Assembly (NCBI GenBank): GCA_017452165.1
Contig: JAFTMY010000090.1
Span: 1 to 51,542 of the forward strand
Length of the DNA stretch: 51,542 nucleotides
DNA from: Clostridia bacterium
GTDB taxonomy: Bacteria > Bacillota > Clostridia > Christensenellales > UBA1242
Direction of reading: 5' to 3'
This document shows positions 9,002 through 18,190 of this stretch, piece by piece. The notes under the pieces are model-generated. The model ran no database searches, had not been told where the DNA came from, and saw only the letters and a program-made list of their open reading frames with translations. A program made the position numbers and the translations under genes. Position 1 is the first letter of the stretch. Each line of letters opens with the position of its first letter.

Positions 9002-9649
9002 ATGTATAACCCAAATTATGAAATTACAGATGATATTATAAATGTTACAATTAATATAAATTCACATAGTTCAATTCAAATAGATGATATGTTTTTTGAC
9101 CCATTTGAAATTAAAGATGTTACAAAAAAAGCAAAATATATTTTTGTATCTCACACCCACTATGACCACCTAAGCATTGAAGATATAAAAAAGGTTATGA
9201 CTGATGAAACTATTTTTATTGCAACAGAAGATGCTAAAGAAAAATTAGAAGATTTTGAAAATAAAATCATCTATGTTAAGCCAAATGAAAAACACTCTCT
9301 TGATGAATTTGAATTTGAAACTTTCCCATCATATAATCTTAATAAAAATTTCCATAAAAAAGAAAATAACTGGGTTGGTTATAAGGTAATTAAAAATGGT
9401 GTTAGTTACGCCGTTTTAGGTGACACCGATGCAACCCCTGAACTAGAAAAATTAGAGTGTGATATTTTATTTATTCCTGTTGGTGGAACTTATACAATGA
9501 CTGCAAAAGAAGCCGCAACACTTACTAATATTATAAAACCACAAATCGCTATTCCTACTCACTATGGCTCAATCGTTGGTGTTTCTAATGATGCTAAAAT
9601 TTTTGCTAATAACTTAGATGAAGACATTGTTTGCAAAACATTTATTTAA
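9002..9649 (+). CDS. MBL-fold metallo-hydrolase
   Basis: HxHxDH motif (FVSHTHYDHLS), later GDTD and PTHYG. AAGGAGA RBS. Confidence 0.8.
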   Translation: MYNPNYEITDDIINVTININSHSSIQIDDMFFDPFEIKDVTKKAKYIFVSHTHYDHLSIEDIKKVMTDETIFIATEDAKEKLEDFENKIIYVKPNEKHSLDEFEFETFPSYNLNKNFHKKENNWVGYKVIKNGVSYAVLGDTDATPELEKLECDILFIPVGGTYTMTAKEAATLTNIIKPQIAIPTHYGSIVGVSNDAKIFANNLDEDIVCKTFI

Positions 9650-9679
9650 TTTTAATCTATATAAAACTACAAAAAAAAA

Positions 9680-9705
9680 CAGATACTAATTTATCTGTTT
9701 TTTTT
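9680..9705. terminator. bidirectional terminator hairpin between convergent genes
   Basis: cagata-ctaatt-tatctg stem-loop with an A-run upstream and a T-run downstream. Confidence 0.5.
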
Positions 9706-10147
9706 ATTTTGCATCTTTAATTTTTATTTTTCTTTTTATAATAAAGAATATAATTTGATAAAAACCACATATAACAAGTATTGGTAAATTTACTAAATTT
9801 GCCCACCCATTATTTTTTATTAAATCTAAGCAATTTTTTATTTTTTCTGCAAAACCACCATTAATTACTATGAAATTACTAATAAAAATGTATAAATAAT
9901 AATAAACAATGTAAATTTCCAATACAAAGCATAAATATAAAAAGTATAAACTTATTGCATATTTTAAACTTACATTAGAATATTTACGCAAATAAAATAT
10001 ATAAATTATTTGATAAATAATTGCAATAATAAATATTAATAATACAAGGTCTGCCGACCATCTTGCAGAAATATACGGTCTAGCGATTAGAATAAAAAAA
10101 TATGTAATAAATGATAATAAAAATATTAAACTATATTTTTTATTCAT
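9704..10147 (-). CDS. small integral membrane protein (about 4 TM), unknown function
   Basis: Hydrophobic segments throughout. AAGGAAG RBS. Confidence 0.55.
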   Translation of the reverse strand: MNKKYSLIFLLSFITYFFILIARPYISARWSADLVLLIFIIAIIYQIIYIFYLRKYSNVSLKYAISLYFLYLCFVLEIYIVYYYLYIFISNFIVINGGFAEKIKNCLDLIKNNGWANLVNLPILVICGFYQIIFFIIKRKIKIKDAK

Positions 10148-10185
10148 AAGTTCTTCCTTAATTTTCTTTTATTGATATAAGTTTA

Positions 10186-11241
10186 TTAACTTTGAATAAC
10201 CATATATAAAAATACAATAATCGCTATAATAAATAAGAACTTAAATAATCCACCAAAGAACTTAGCAGGAGTTTTTGGCGATGCACCGATAACCTTTCCA
10301 GTAGTTCCACTTACATAAATTTTCTCTGTTTTTTTATTTTTTCTTGTATAAGTATAAACATATACAGGAATATATGTAAAGTTGAAAAATACATCGTTTG
10401 CTCTACTATCAACACTAAGATTAGAAATTTCCTTATATGAACTTAAAACTTTTTTCTTGATTTCTTCTTTCATTTCAAGTTCTGCCTTTTCAATAACTGT
10501 ATAATAGTAGTCATGAATACTTCTATCAATAGTATCTACTTGGTAACCATAAGTATATTCTGGTGTGTAAGGAATAATTGAATTATAATCTTCTTCTGAA
10601 AATAATTTTAAGAATTCTTCTGATTCGTGTGATGTTGCAGATTGGTCTAACGATTTAATTCTCTTATGCTTTTCACCATAAACTGGTTTATAAACACTAT
10701 AATATGTTCCGTCAGAATATTGCTTTAAAACAGTTGCACTCGCTGAGTATGTTGCATCAATATTAAATTGAAAATTCCATACAGGAACAAATACACCATT
10801 TAACAACTTCTTCTCTTTTGCTTCTTTTTTAGCCTGCGCAGACATACCCTTATTCTTTCTTAAATATTTAACAAATTCAGCTGTCGCTTTTTCTTTATCA
10901 ATTTTAAAAGGAATAATACCATCTGCACAATATCCTGGGTCTTCAACAATAGTGCTTGAAATTAAACCACAGTTAGGACATTTTTCAGACTTTTCTTCAC
11001 TAGACATATAATATTTAGTTTTACAAGCATTACACTCATAAGTTCTAAGTGATTGGTTTAACTGATTTGGGTGAAAACTAGCACTATATTGTCTAACTAA
11101 AACTGCCTTTTCATTTTTCTTAGGCAAGAAAACATTTGACTGGCAATATTTGCAAGTCAAACACATAAGTTGTGTATTATACACAAGTTCACTGCCACAA
11201 TTTTGGCATTTTGCATTTAAAATATTCGAATTCATTTCCAT
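10186..11241 (-). CDS. double zinc-ribbon protein with a C-terminal membrane anchor
   Basis: CQNCGS..x..CKYCQS and CNACKT..x..CPNCG pairs. C-terminal TM segment FFGGLFKFLFIIAIIVFLYMVI. Family not named with confidence. Confidence 0.7.
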   Translation of the reverse strand: MEMNSNILNAKCQNCGSELVYNTQLMCLTCKYCQSNVFLPKKNEKAVLVRQYSASFHPNQLNQSLRTYECNACKTKYYMSSEEKSEKCPNCGLISSTIVEDPGYCADGIIPFKIDKEKATAEFVKYLRKNKGMSAQAKKEAKEKKLLNGVFVPVWNFQFNIDATYSASATVLKQYSDGTYYSVYKPVYGEKHKRIKSLDQSATSHESEEFLKLFSEEDYNSIIPYTPEYTYGYQVDTIDRSIHDYYYTVIEKAELEMKEEIKKKVLSSYKEISNLSVDSRANDVFFNFTYIPVYVYTYTRKNKKTEKIYVSGTTGKVIGASPKTPAKFFGGLFKFLFIIAIIVFLYMVIQS

Positions 11242-11433
11242 AATACCTTTATTTTATATCATTTTTATTTTTTATGCAATAAAATATTATAATTTTATTA
11301 TAATTTTATGGTTAAGATTTACAATTACCTATCAATTTTATTGTTTTTATTCATTCAAAATCTAAGTTTTTACTTGATAATAAAACTGTTTTTATTATAT
11401 AATAATAAAAAAGCGTATTATGAGGTAATTATT

Positions 11434-14217
11434 ATGAATAATGAACAACAGTCTAATGTTTCTCCACAAGAAAAATGGAACCAAGTAGCAAGAGATGGAA
11501 ATTTTACTTATTATACTATGCAACGAATACCACAAGAGTTTCAAACACAAGAATTATGGCAAGCATTTGCAAGAGAAAATAACTATGATGTATACTCTTG
11601 TAAATCTGTTCCTGAAAAGTTTCAAACTCAAGAAATGTGGAATAATGCATTCCATAATATCTCAATATCTAGATGCCACCCTTGTAGTTTAAAAAGAATC
11701 CCTGCAAGATTTCAAACTCAAGAAATGTGGAATAGACTTGTAAAAAGTAATAAACTAGAATCTTATGAACTTAGCCAAGTTCCACAAGAATTCCAAACAC
11801 AAGAAATGTGGGATAGTTTTGTTAGAAATACATCTTATAAAGAAATTCGAGAAATTCCTCGCCAGTTTCAAACACAGGAGATGTGGGATAGTTTTGCTAG
11901 GCAAACTACAAATATAAATGATTTAAGCAATATTCCTTTAAGACATCAAACACAAGAAATGTGGAACAGTTTTGCTAGACAAACTACAAGAACTTATGAT
12001 TTAGACAGAATTCCAATACAATTTCAAACACAAGAAATGTGGGATAGAGCATTTAAGTCTCTTAATTTAACTAGTCTTTTTAGTTTGAATTCTATACCTG
12101 AAAGATTCCAAACAAAAGAAATGTGGCAGGATTTTGCTAAGAGTGTAAACTATGCTAATTATCAATTAGAAAATATACCTAAACAATTCCAAACAAGAGA
12201 AATGTGGCAAGAATTTGCAATGAATAATAATTTTAATATTTATTCGCTATCAAGAATTCCTGTTGAATTTCAAAGTCAAGAGATGTGGCAAACAGCAATT
12301 AATAATGTGCCAGATAAAGAATTTAATATATTTAAAGTAAATGATATCCCTAGACAATATCAAACTCAACAAATTTGGGATAGGCTTGCAAAGACATCAA
12401 AATATAAAAGCCACGTTTTATCTAAAATTCCAACTGAGTTTCAAACACAGGAAATGTGGGATAACTTTGCTAAATCAAATAATTACGCATCTTATGATAT
12501 GTCTAATATTCCAGCAGCATTTCAAAACCAAGAAATGTGGAATGCTTTCGCTTTAAATAATAAATTTGAATCTTATTTTTTAAAAAAGATTCCTGAGAAA
12601 TTCCAAACAAAGGGAATGTGGGATAAATCTGTTCAAAGTGAAAATTTTGCCAATACTTATGATGTTCCAGAAAAATATCAAACTCAAGAAATGTGGATCG
12701 AATATGTAAAATTTTATAAATTTAATGTAAAACCATCTGCTATTCCTGATAAGTTTAGAAAGCAAGTTGTTGAACTTATGGACCAAGAACAGAAAAAAGT
12801 AAAAAACCAAAAAGTTGATGAAATTCATCTTGAAACTGTTGAAAATTTAAAGCGTTTTATCTCAAACAATGCTATGAAATCTCCAGAAACTCAAAAAAAG
12901 TTCGAAGCATTTTTAAAAATGTCAAAAGAAGAACAAATCGTTAATATGGATAAATTTTATTGTCTTGCTAGAAGAGATTTCTTAATGATAAATGGAGAAT
13001 TAAATAGAGAAAATTATACAGATAATATAATTGAAATTATAAAATCATCATCTGATATTTTAATCGATACTCATATTTCAATCGAAAAGCAAGTAGAACA
13101 AAAAAATCCTAATGCTATTAAGTATTTTATCCAAAGAAAAAATGTATTAAAAGGACAACTTGAAAAAATAGCACAAAACAAAAGTTTATCACCAACTCAA
13201 TCTAAAAATATTAAACTTTTACTTGCTAGATTAAACTTAGCCTCAAAAACTATAACATCTTCAAATATGAAATTAGAAGATGTTAACAATAAATATCCTT
13301 TTAAATTAGAAGAAGCGCCACCTAAGGAACAAACAGTTATTGAAAACAACATTACAAAATCTGAACAAAAACCTAATGAACAATCACAAATAGAAACTGA
13401 AACTGTAAAAAATAGTGAACAGCCTACCGTTGTAAAAACTGAACCTGTAAAGCATGGCGAAAAAACTCAAGTTGTTACTCAACCTGTTAAAAAGAATGAA
13501 CAACCTACAAAAGTTAATCTTGAGTCTAAACCTAAAACTAACACTAATGCCGTTAAACCTAAGGCTCAACCTACCGTTGTAAAAACTGAACCTGTAAAAC
13601 ATGGCGAAAAAACTCAAGTTGTTACTCAACCTGTTAAAAAGAACGAGCAACCTACAAAAGTTAATCTTGAAGCGAAGGCTAACGAAAATCCACAACTTAA
13701 AGCAATTGTTGGAACTGAAAATTCTGCCGAATTTAATCAGTTACTCCAAAACTTCACATCAATTCATGCAAGTTATTATGATGGCGTAAAAGGAACAAAA
13801 GGTCATGCTCACACACAAGAAGAAATACAAACAAAAATGGCAATTAATAAGAAAATGAAAAAGATTTTAGAAAGCAAATCTCAAAATCTTGCAAATCTTG
13901 AAAATGATGAACAATCAAAGCAAAATCTTTTTTCACAAATTTCTAATCCAGTAAATGAAATTGACATTGAAGAAGTTGCTTCAAATGAAGGTGCTTTTTT
14001 AAGACTTTTAAGCATAATGTCTAATGGTGTTTATGAGAAAAATGGTGTTAGAACTAGACTTACAATGAAACAAAGAACAGCACTTGCAAATGTTATGGTA
14101 AAAGTTTCAGAAAAACGACTTGCAAAAGAAAATACTGCCAAGAAAACTGCTAATTCAAATAAAGATAAATCAAAAATCAATCAAAATGATTTAGAAAATG
14201 CTGGTCGCCAATTATAA
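11434..14217 (+). CDS. large repeat protein (927 aa): about 15 tandem 25-33 aa IPxxFQTQEMW repeats, a helical middle region and a K/Q/P/T-rich repeat tail
   Basis: The track ORF starts at 11308, but GAGGT lies 7 nt before the ATG at 11434 (MNNEQQSNV). The upstream 42 codons are low-complexity. No signal peptide seen. Confidence 0.8.
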   Translation: MNNEQQSNVSPQEKWNQVARDGNFTYYTMQRIPQEFQTQELWQAFARENNYDVYSCKSVPEKFQTQEMWNNAFHNISISRCHPCSLKRIPARFQTQEMWNRLVKSNKLESYELSQVPQEFQTQEMWDSFVRNTSYKEIREIPRQFQTQEMWDSFARQTTNINDLSNIPLRHQTQEMWNSFARQTTRTYDLDRIPIQFQTQEMWDRAFKSLNLTSLFSLNSIPERFQTKEMWQDFAKSVNYANYQLENIPKQFQTREMWQEFAMNNNFNIYSLSRIPVEFQSQEMWQTAINNVPDKEFNIFKVNDIPRQYQTQQIWDRLAKTSKYKSHVLSKIPTEFQTQEMWDNFAKSNNYASYDMSNIPAAFQNQEMWNAFALNNKFESYFLKKIPEKFQTKGMWDKSVQSENFANTYDVPEKYQTQEMWIEYVKFYKFNVKPSAIPDKFRKQVVELMDQEQKKVKNQKVDEIHLETVENLKRFISNNAMKSPETQKKFEAFLKMSKEEQIVNMDKFYCLARRDFLMINGELNRENYTDNIIEIIKSSSDILIDTHISIEKQVEQKNPNAIKYFIQRKNVLKGQLEKIAQNKSLSPTQSKNIKLLLARLNLASKTITSSNMKLEDVNNKYPFKLEEAPPKEQTVIENNITKSEQKPNEQSQIETETVKNSEQPTVVKTEPVKHGEKTQVVTQPVKKNEQPTKVNLESKPKTNTNAVKPKAQPTVVKTEPVKHGEKTQVVTQPVKKNEQPTKVNLEAKANENPQLKAIVGTENSAEFNQLLQNFTSIHASYYDGVKGTKGHAHTQEEIQTKMAINKKMKKILESKSQNLANLENDEQSKQNLFSQISNPVNEIDIEEVASNEGAFLRLLSIMSNGVYEKNGVRTRLTMKQRTALANVMVKVSEKRLAKENTAKKTANSNKDKSKINQNDLENAGRQL
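11470..12770 (+). repeat. in-frame tandem array encoding the (I/V)Pxx(F/Y)QTQEMWxxFAxxxxYxxYxLxx repeat
   Basis: FQTQEMW-type cores recur about 15 times, for example at ~11620, 11710, 11791 and 11866. Spacing varies from 75 to 99 nt. The last cores are at ~12670 and ~12745. Confidence 0.75.
13420..13671 (+). repeat. two near-identical ~105-bp segments, 147 bp apart, encoding QPTVVKTEPVKHGEKTQVVTQPVKKNEQPTKVNLE
   Basis: Copy 1 is 13420-13524 and copy 2 is 13567-13671, with only a few substitutions. Confidence 0.85.
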
Positions 14218-14245
14218 TTTGTAAAAATAATTAAATTTATTACAA

Positions 14246-14281
14246 CAAAAAAAATGGAAGAACAATTCTTCCATTTTTTTA
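14246..14281. terminator. bidirectional terminator
   Basis: atggaagaa-caa-ttcttccat hairpin (14254-14274) with an A-run before and a T-run after, between convergent genes. Confidence 0.7.
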
Positions 14282-14325
14282 TTTATTTTATCTATTAGAT
14301 ATATTTTTTATGTTTAATTCTTTAA

Positions 14326-15702
14326 TTAAGCACCTTGAGCAAGTCCAACATTTTCAATTTCTCTCTTGTTTTGATTTGCTCTTGCTTTTTGTTGAACTGC
14401 ACCTTGTCTATTTCTTGCGTTTTCTTCTTCAAGTTTTTTATCCATCGCTGTAAGTTCTTTTAAAATTGTTGCTGAGTCATATTTTTGAACTACTACTGTT
14501 GTAAGTTTTGATTCAAGTTTTGCAGTATCGAAGTTAAATTCTCCCACCATTTTTCTATCATTAATACATTCATTTCCATAAACTTGGAACACATCTTCAA
14601 GTAGTTTACTTGAAAGTGTTTGGATTAAATTAATGATATTTTCTTCTCTTTGAGATGCTGGTTTATAAGGTGGTTTATTTGCATCATTAAAGTTTTTATT
14701 CCAATTCATAACTGGTTTAAAGCACTCATCTTTTTTAATTTTTAAAGTGCTTAAAACTTGTTGAGCAATATGGTTTCTTGCCATACTCTCTATTCTTCTA
14801 CCTTCTGCAAAATATTCAGCAGATGCAATTCTTTGACCTTTTTTAATTCCAAGACCTCTAATTTCAACAGGAGGTTTTGGTTTACCATTTTCATCAAGTT
14901 CTCTTTCAGTTGTAAAGCATCTGCACTCATCAAACCACTCTGGGTGTTCTTGGGTAAGTGCGAGATATGTTTCCATAGGACCATTACCACAATTTACAAT
15001 TACATCATCAGGGAGCATTCTTGGTGCTTCGCCTTTTTCAATAAAACCTTGACATCTTGAGATATTTCTTTGTCTACTTGTGTTATTTGAAACATGAACA
15101 AGATCCATTGTAACACTATAACCACTATTTCTAGCATCAGTTATAAGTGTTTCCATCCAACCGATTTCATCACCAACTTTTTCTTGAATAAAGTTTACCT
15201 TTTTTTCTTGTAACTTTTTAACTAAATCTCTAAAAATATTACCACCTGCTGGGTGAATATCTGGGTGATTGATATCAATATTATAAAATTTAGCAACATC
15301 TTCTTTTACTGCGTCCATATTAGCATGATACGCTCTAAGTTGCTTTTTTAACGCATTAATAGTTGTTGTTTTACCAGCACCTGCAAGACCCATTACAAAC
15401 GCCATTTTTGAACTGCTAGCAAGTTCACCTGTCTTCATTTTGTTTGTAATATCAGCCATTGTATTAGTAATATACTGATCTTTAAATGCTTTGAATTTTG
15501 GACTATTTGTATCAACAACAGAACTTGTCGAAACTCTACTTAATCTATTAGCCTCAGCCTTAGTCATATTATACTTTTCAGCAATTTGTTCTTCTGAAAG
15601 TTGAGGTCCTTTTCCCATAATGATATAACAATCTGGTGGTGGGACTCTGCTCATAACTTCGCTAAGTTGCTCTTTTGATAATCTTGCTGAATAATCTGCC
15701 AT
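14326..15702 (-). CDS. zeta-toxin-like P-loop kinase-fold protein with N- and C-terminal extensions (458 aa)
   Basis: Walker A MGLAGAGKTT. The following NMDAVKED...HPDIHP and GYSVTMDLVHVSNNTSRQRNISR resemble zeta/PezT blocks as I remember them. I prefer the ATG at 15702 (MADYSARL), which has GGGGGA about 8 nt upstream and lies 1 nt after the upstream TAG stop. GC is visibly higher than in neighbouring genes. Confidence 0.6.
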   Translation of the reverse strand: MADYSARLSKEQLSEVMSRVPPPDCYIIMGKGPQLSEEQIAEKYNMTKAEANRLSRVSTSSVVDTNSPKFKAFKDQYITNTMADITNKMKTGELASSSKMAFVMGLAGAGKTTTINALKKQLRAYHANMDAVKEDVAKFYNIDINHPDIHPAGGNIFRDLVKKLQEKKVNFIQEKVGDEIGWMETLITDARNSGYSVTMDLVHVSNNTSRQRNISRCQGFIEKGEAPRMLPDDVIVNCGNGPMETYLALTQEHPEWFDECRCFTTERELDENGKPKPPVEIRGLGIKKGQRIASAEYFAEGRRIESMARNHIAQQVLSTLKIKKDECFKPVMNWNKNFNDANKPPYKPASQREENIINLIQTLSSKLLEDVFQVYGNECINDRKMVGEFNFDTAKLESKLTTVVVQKYDSATILKELTAMDKKLEEENARNRQGAVQQKARANQNKREIENVGLAQGA

Positions 15703-15703
15703 A

Positions 15704-16204
15704 CTATCTATCCCCCATTTCAAAACCCGAATGCATCATTTGTTTTTCATATTCACTAAATTGATTTTTATTAAATCCAAAATGAGCAACCGCTTGTTCG
15801 CCTGTTACTTGTTTATTTTTCACAAGGTCATTTGCTTTTCTAAGGTCCTCGACTTTTAAACCCTTAACATATTTTCTAAGGTCTTCTTTTGACATTACAT
15901 ATTGAAAAAATGCAAGTGGGTCGTCAAAATTTTTCCAAGCAGAAATGAAATCACTTTTAATTTCAATAACTGCAATATCATCAATATAATTTTGAACTTG
16001 CTCTTTTACCATTTCAGTAAAATCTTTACTATCGAGTTTTTCATCAATAGCACCACTTTCAAAAGTCTTATAAAGACCTGCATTTGATGATGACACCATT
16101 TCTAAAAAATAGTCTGGAAAAATTCTAAAGAAATCCACATAATTTGATAAAACTTCGTTTGCATTTTCATAAGCCACACCATATTTTTTGCTTGATTTAT
16201 CCAT
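15704..16204 (-). CDS. hypothetical protein (166 aa), upstream partner of the zeta-like gene
   Basis: GGAGGT lies 8 nt before the ATG at 16204 (MDKSSKKYG). Ends in TAG, 1 nt before the next start. No family recognised. Confidence 0.6.
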   Translation of the reverse strand: MDKSSKKYGVAYENANEVLSNYVDFFRIFPDYFLEMVSSSNAGLYKTFESGAIDEKLDSKDFTEMVKEQVQNYIDDIAVIEIKSDFISAWKNFDDPLAFFQYVMSKEDLRKYVKGLKVEDLRKANDLVKNKQVTGEQAVAHFGFNKNQFSEYEKQMMHSGFEMGDR

Positions 16205-16303
16205 AAATGCACCTACCTCCACAATAATTTTAATTTTTATTTACTCTATTTTATAATATTTTAAATCATAATGCAATATTATATTTGAATTTTACAAAAA
16301 TAG

Positions 16304-16338
16304 TAAAAAAAATCACACTTTTTCAGTGTGATTTTTTA
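16304..16338 (-). terminator. terminator after the ABC exporter operon
   Basis: atcacact-ttttc-agtgtgat hairpin flanked by A/T runs. Confidence 0.65.
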
Positions 16339-16354
16339 ATTACAATACCTATTT

Positions 16355-18190
16355 TTATTCAATAACATCTGCACCATCAAGAGAAAATTGACTATTATAA
16401 AGGTCTGCATAAAAACCATTTTTCTCAATAAGGTCTTCGTGGTTTCCTGACTCAATTACATCACCATCTTTTAAAACTAAAATAAGGTCAGCATTTTTAA
16501 TAGTAGAGAGTCTATGAGCAATAACAAAACTTGTTCTACCAATAGTGAGTTTATCCATTGCTTCTTGAATTAATACTTCAGTTCTTGTATCAACATTACT
16601 TGTTGCTTCGTCTAAAATAAGCATTGGGGTATTTTGAAGCATTGCACGAGCGATAGTTAAAAGTTGTTTTTGACCAACTGAAACATTTGTTTCATCAGAT
16701 AAGACTGTATCGTATCCATGTGGAAGAGTTTTAATGAAGTGATCAAGACCACAAGCCTTGCAAGCCCTATCTAAATCCTCATCAGTTACACCTTGCATAT
16801 TATAAACTAAATTTTCTCTAATTGTTCCTTCAAATAGCCAAGTATCTTGAAGAACCATTGAGAAAATTTCTCTAAGTTGACTTCTTGTCATATCATGAAT
16901 TGACACACCATCAATTAAAATTTTACCACTATTAATTTCATAGAATCTCATAAGAAGATTAACTATTGTGGTTTTTCCTGCACCTGTTGGACCAACTATT
17001 GCGATTTTTTGACCAGCCTTAATTTCAGCCGAGAAATTATGAATAATCTCTCTATCTTCGTCATAACCAAACTTAACATTTTGAATAGATACGTTGCCTT
17101 CGATTTTTGGAAGTGTGATATTTTTATGACTTTCATCAGAAATTTCTTCTTCATCAATAAAGCCAAATACTCTATCGCTAGCCGCTGCTGTTGTTTGAAT
17201 TGTTGCCATTGCTTGAGAAATTTGCTCAAGTGGTCTTGTAAATAATCTAATATAAATCATAAATGCAGTAATAACACCAATATCAACCTTGCCTTTTATA
17301 AGTAAAACTGCACCAATGATACAAACCACTACATAACCAAAGTTTCCGATAAACGCCATAAATGGGTGCATTACACCAGAAATAAATTGTGCCTTCCAAC
17401 CACTTTCATAGAGTTTATCATTTACTTTTTCAAACTTTTCTTTAAATTCTTCTTTAGCATTATAAGTCTTAATAACTGCTTGTCCTGAATAAGATTCTTC
17501 AATAACACCATTTAATTGAGCAAGTTTATTTTGTTGTGAAACAAAATATTTTTGAGATTTTTTCATAATGAGTGACATTGCAAAAAATCCAATAGCAGTT
17601 GTGCAAACTGCAGCAATAGCCATTATCCAGTTAGTAATAAGCATCATTAAAAGCGAACCTAAAAACATTACAACTGAACCAATAAGAGTTCCAACACTAT
17701 TAAAGAGTGTATCACCAATAATATCAACATCATTAGTAATTGTGCTAAGAACATCACCATAAGGTGTTCTATCTAATTTTTTAAGTGGAAGTTTATTTAT
17801 TTTTGCATTAATATCAGAGCGAAGTTTTTGATTCATTTTAAACACTACTCTTGCAATAATAATGTTTGCAATATAACTAAACAACGAACCTAAAACATAA
17901 AGCACTATAAGTAAAATTACAATTTCCCAAACTTGAGACATTTCATAAGCAATACCTGGGAAAATCATAACACCATTTTCAAAAACAGGAATTGCAGAGA
18001 TTATTATTCTTGTAATATCTGCAAGTTTATCTGGTCCCATAATTCTAAAAATAGTATTTGCAATTAATAAAACTATTGAAATCATTAAAATTGGTATATA
18101 AGGTTTTAAGAACTTTAAAAGTCTACCAAGTGATTTTTTAACATCAACTTTTTTGCCTTTTCCGTTCATATTTTTATCCATCTTAGGCAT
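16355..18190 (-). CDS. ABC exporter, fused permease/ATPase (heterodimer subunit 2)
   Basis: Six-TM N-terminal half. GPTGAGKTT, VSVGQKQLLTIARA, LILDEATSNVD, AHRLST. I prefer the ATG at 18190 (MPKMDKN), which has AAGGAGG upstream and overlaps the upstream stop (ATGCCTAA). Confidence 0.9.
   Translation of the reverse strand: MPKMDKNMNGKGKKVDVKKSLGRLLKFLKPYIPILMISIVLLIANTIFRIMGPDKLADITRIIISAIPVFENGVMIFPGIAYEMSQVWEIVILLIVLYVLGSLFSYIANIIIARVVFKMNQKLRSDINAKINKLPLKKLDRTPYGDVLSTITNDVDIIGDTLFNSVGTLIGSVVMFLGSLLMMLITNWIMAIAAVCTTAIGFFAMSLIMKKSQKYFVSQQNKLAQLNGVIEESYSGQAVIKTYNAKEEFKEKFEKVNDKLYESGWKAQFISGVMHPFMAFIGNFGYVVVCIIGAVLLIKGKVDIGVITAFMIYIRLFTRPLEQISQAMATIQTTAAASDRVFGFIDEEEISDESHKNITLPKIEGNVSIQNVKFGYDEDREIIHNFSAEIKAGQKIAIVGPTGAGKTTIVNLLMRFYEINSGKILIDGVSIHDMTRSQLREIFSMVLQDTWLFEGTIRENLVYNMQGVTDEDLDRACKACGLDHFIKTLPHGYDTVLSDETNVSVGQKQLLTIARAMLQNTPMLILDEATSNVDTRTEVLIQEAMDKLTIGRTSFVIAHRLSTIKNADLILVLKDGDVIESGNHEDLIEKNGFYADLYNSQFSLDGADVIE

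Noticed and set aside
11308-11433. N-terminal 42-codon extension of the repeat-protein ORF
   Set aside because: The sequence is hydrophobic and low-complexity and has no RBS. A GAGGT RBS precedes the internal ATG at 11434.
13384-13695. Antisense 103-aa ORF and the sense alternate-frame ORF 13601..13789
   Set aside because: The 103-aa ORF mirrors the duplicated 105-bp segments on the opposite strand, so its internal repeat is an artefact of that duplication. 13601..13789 is a different reading frame of the same region. No independent signals support either ORF.
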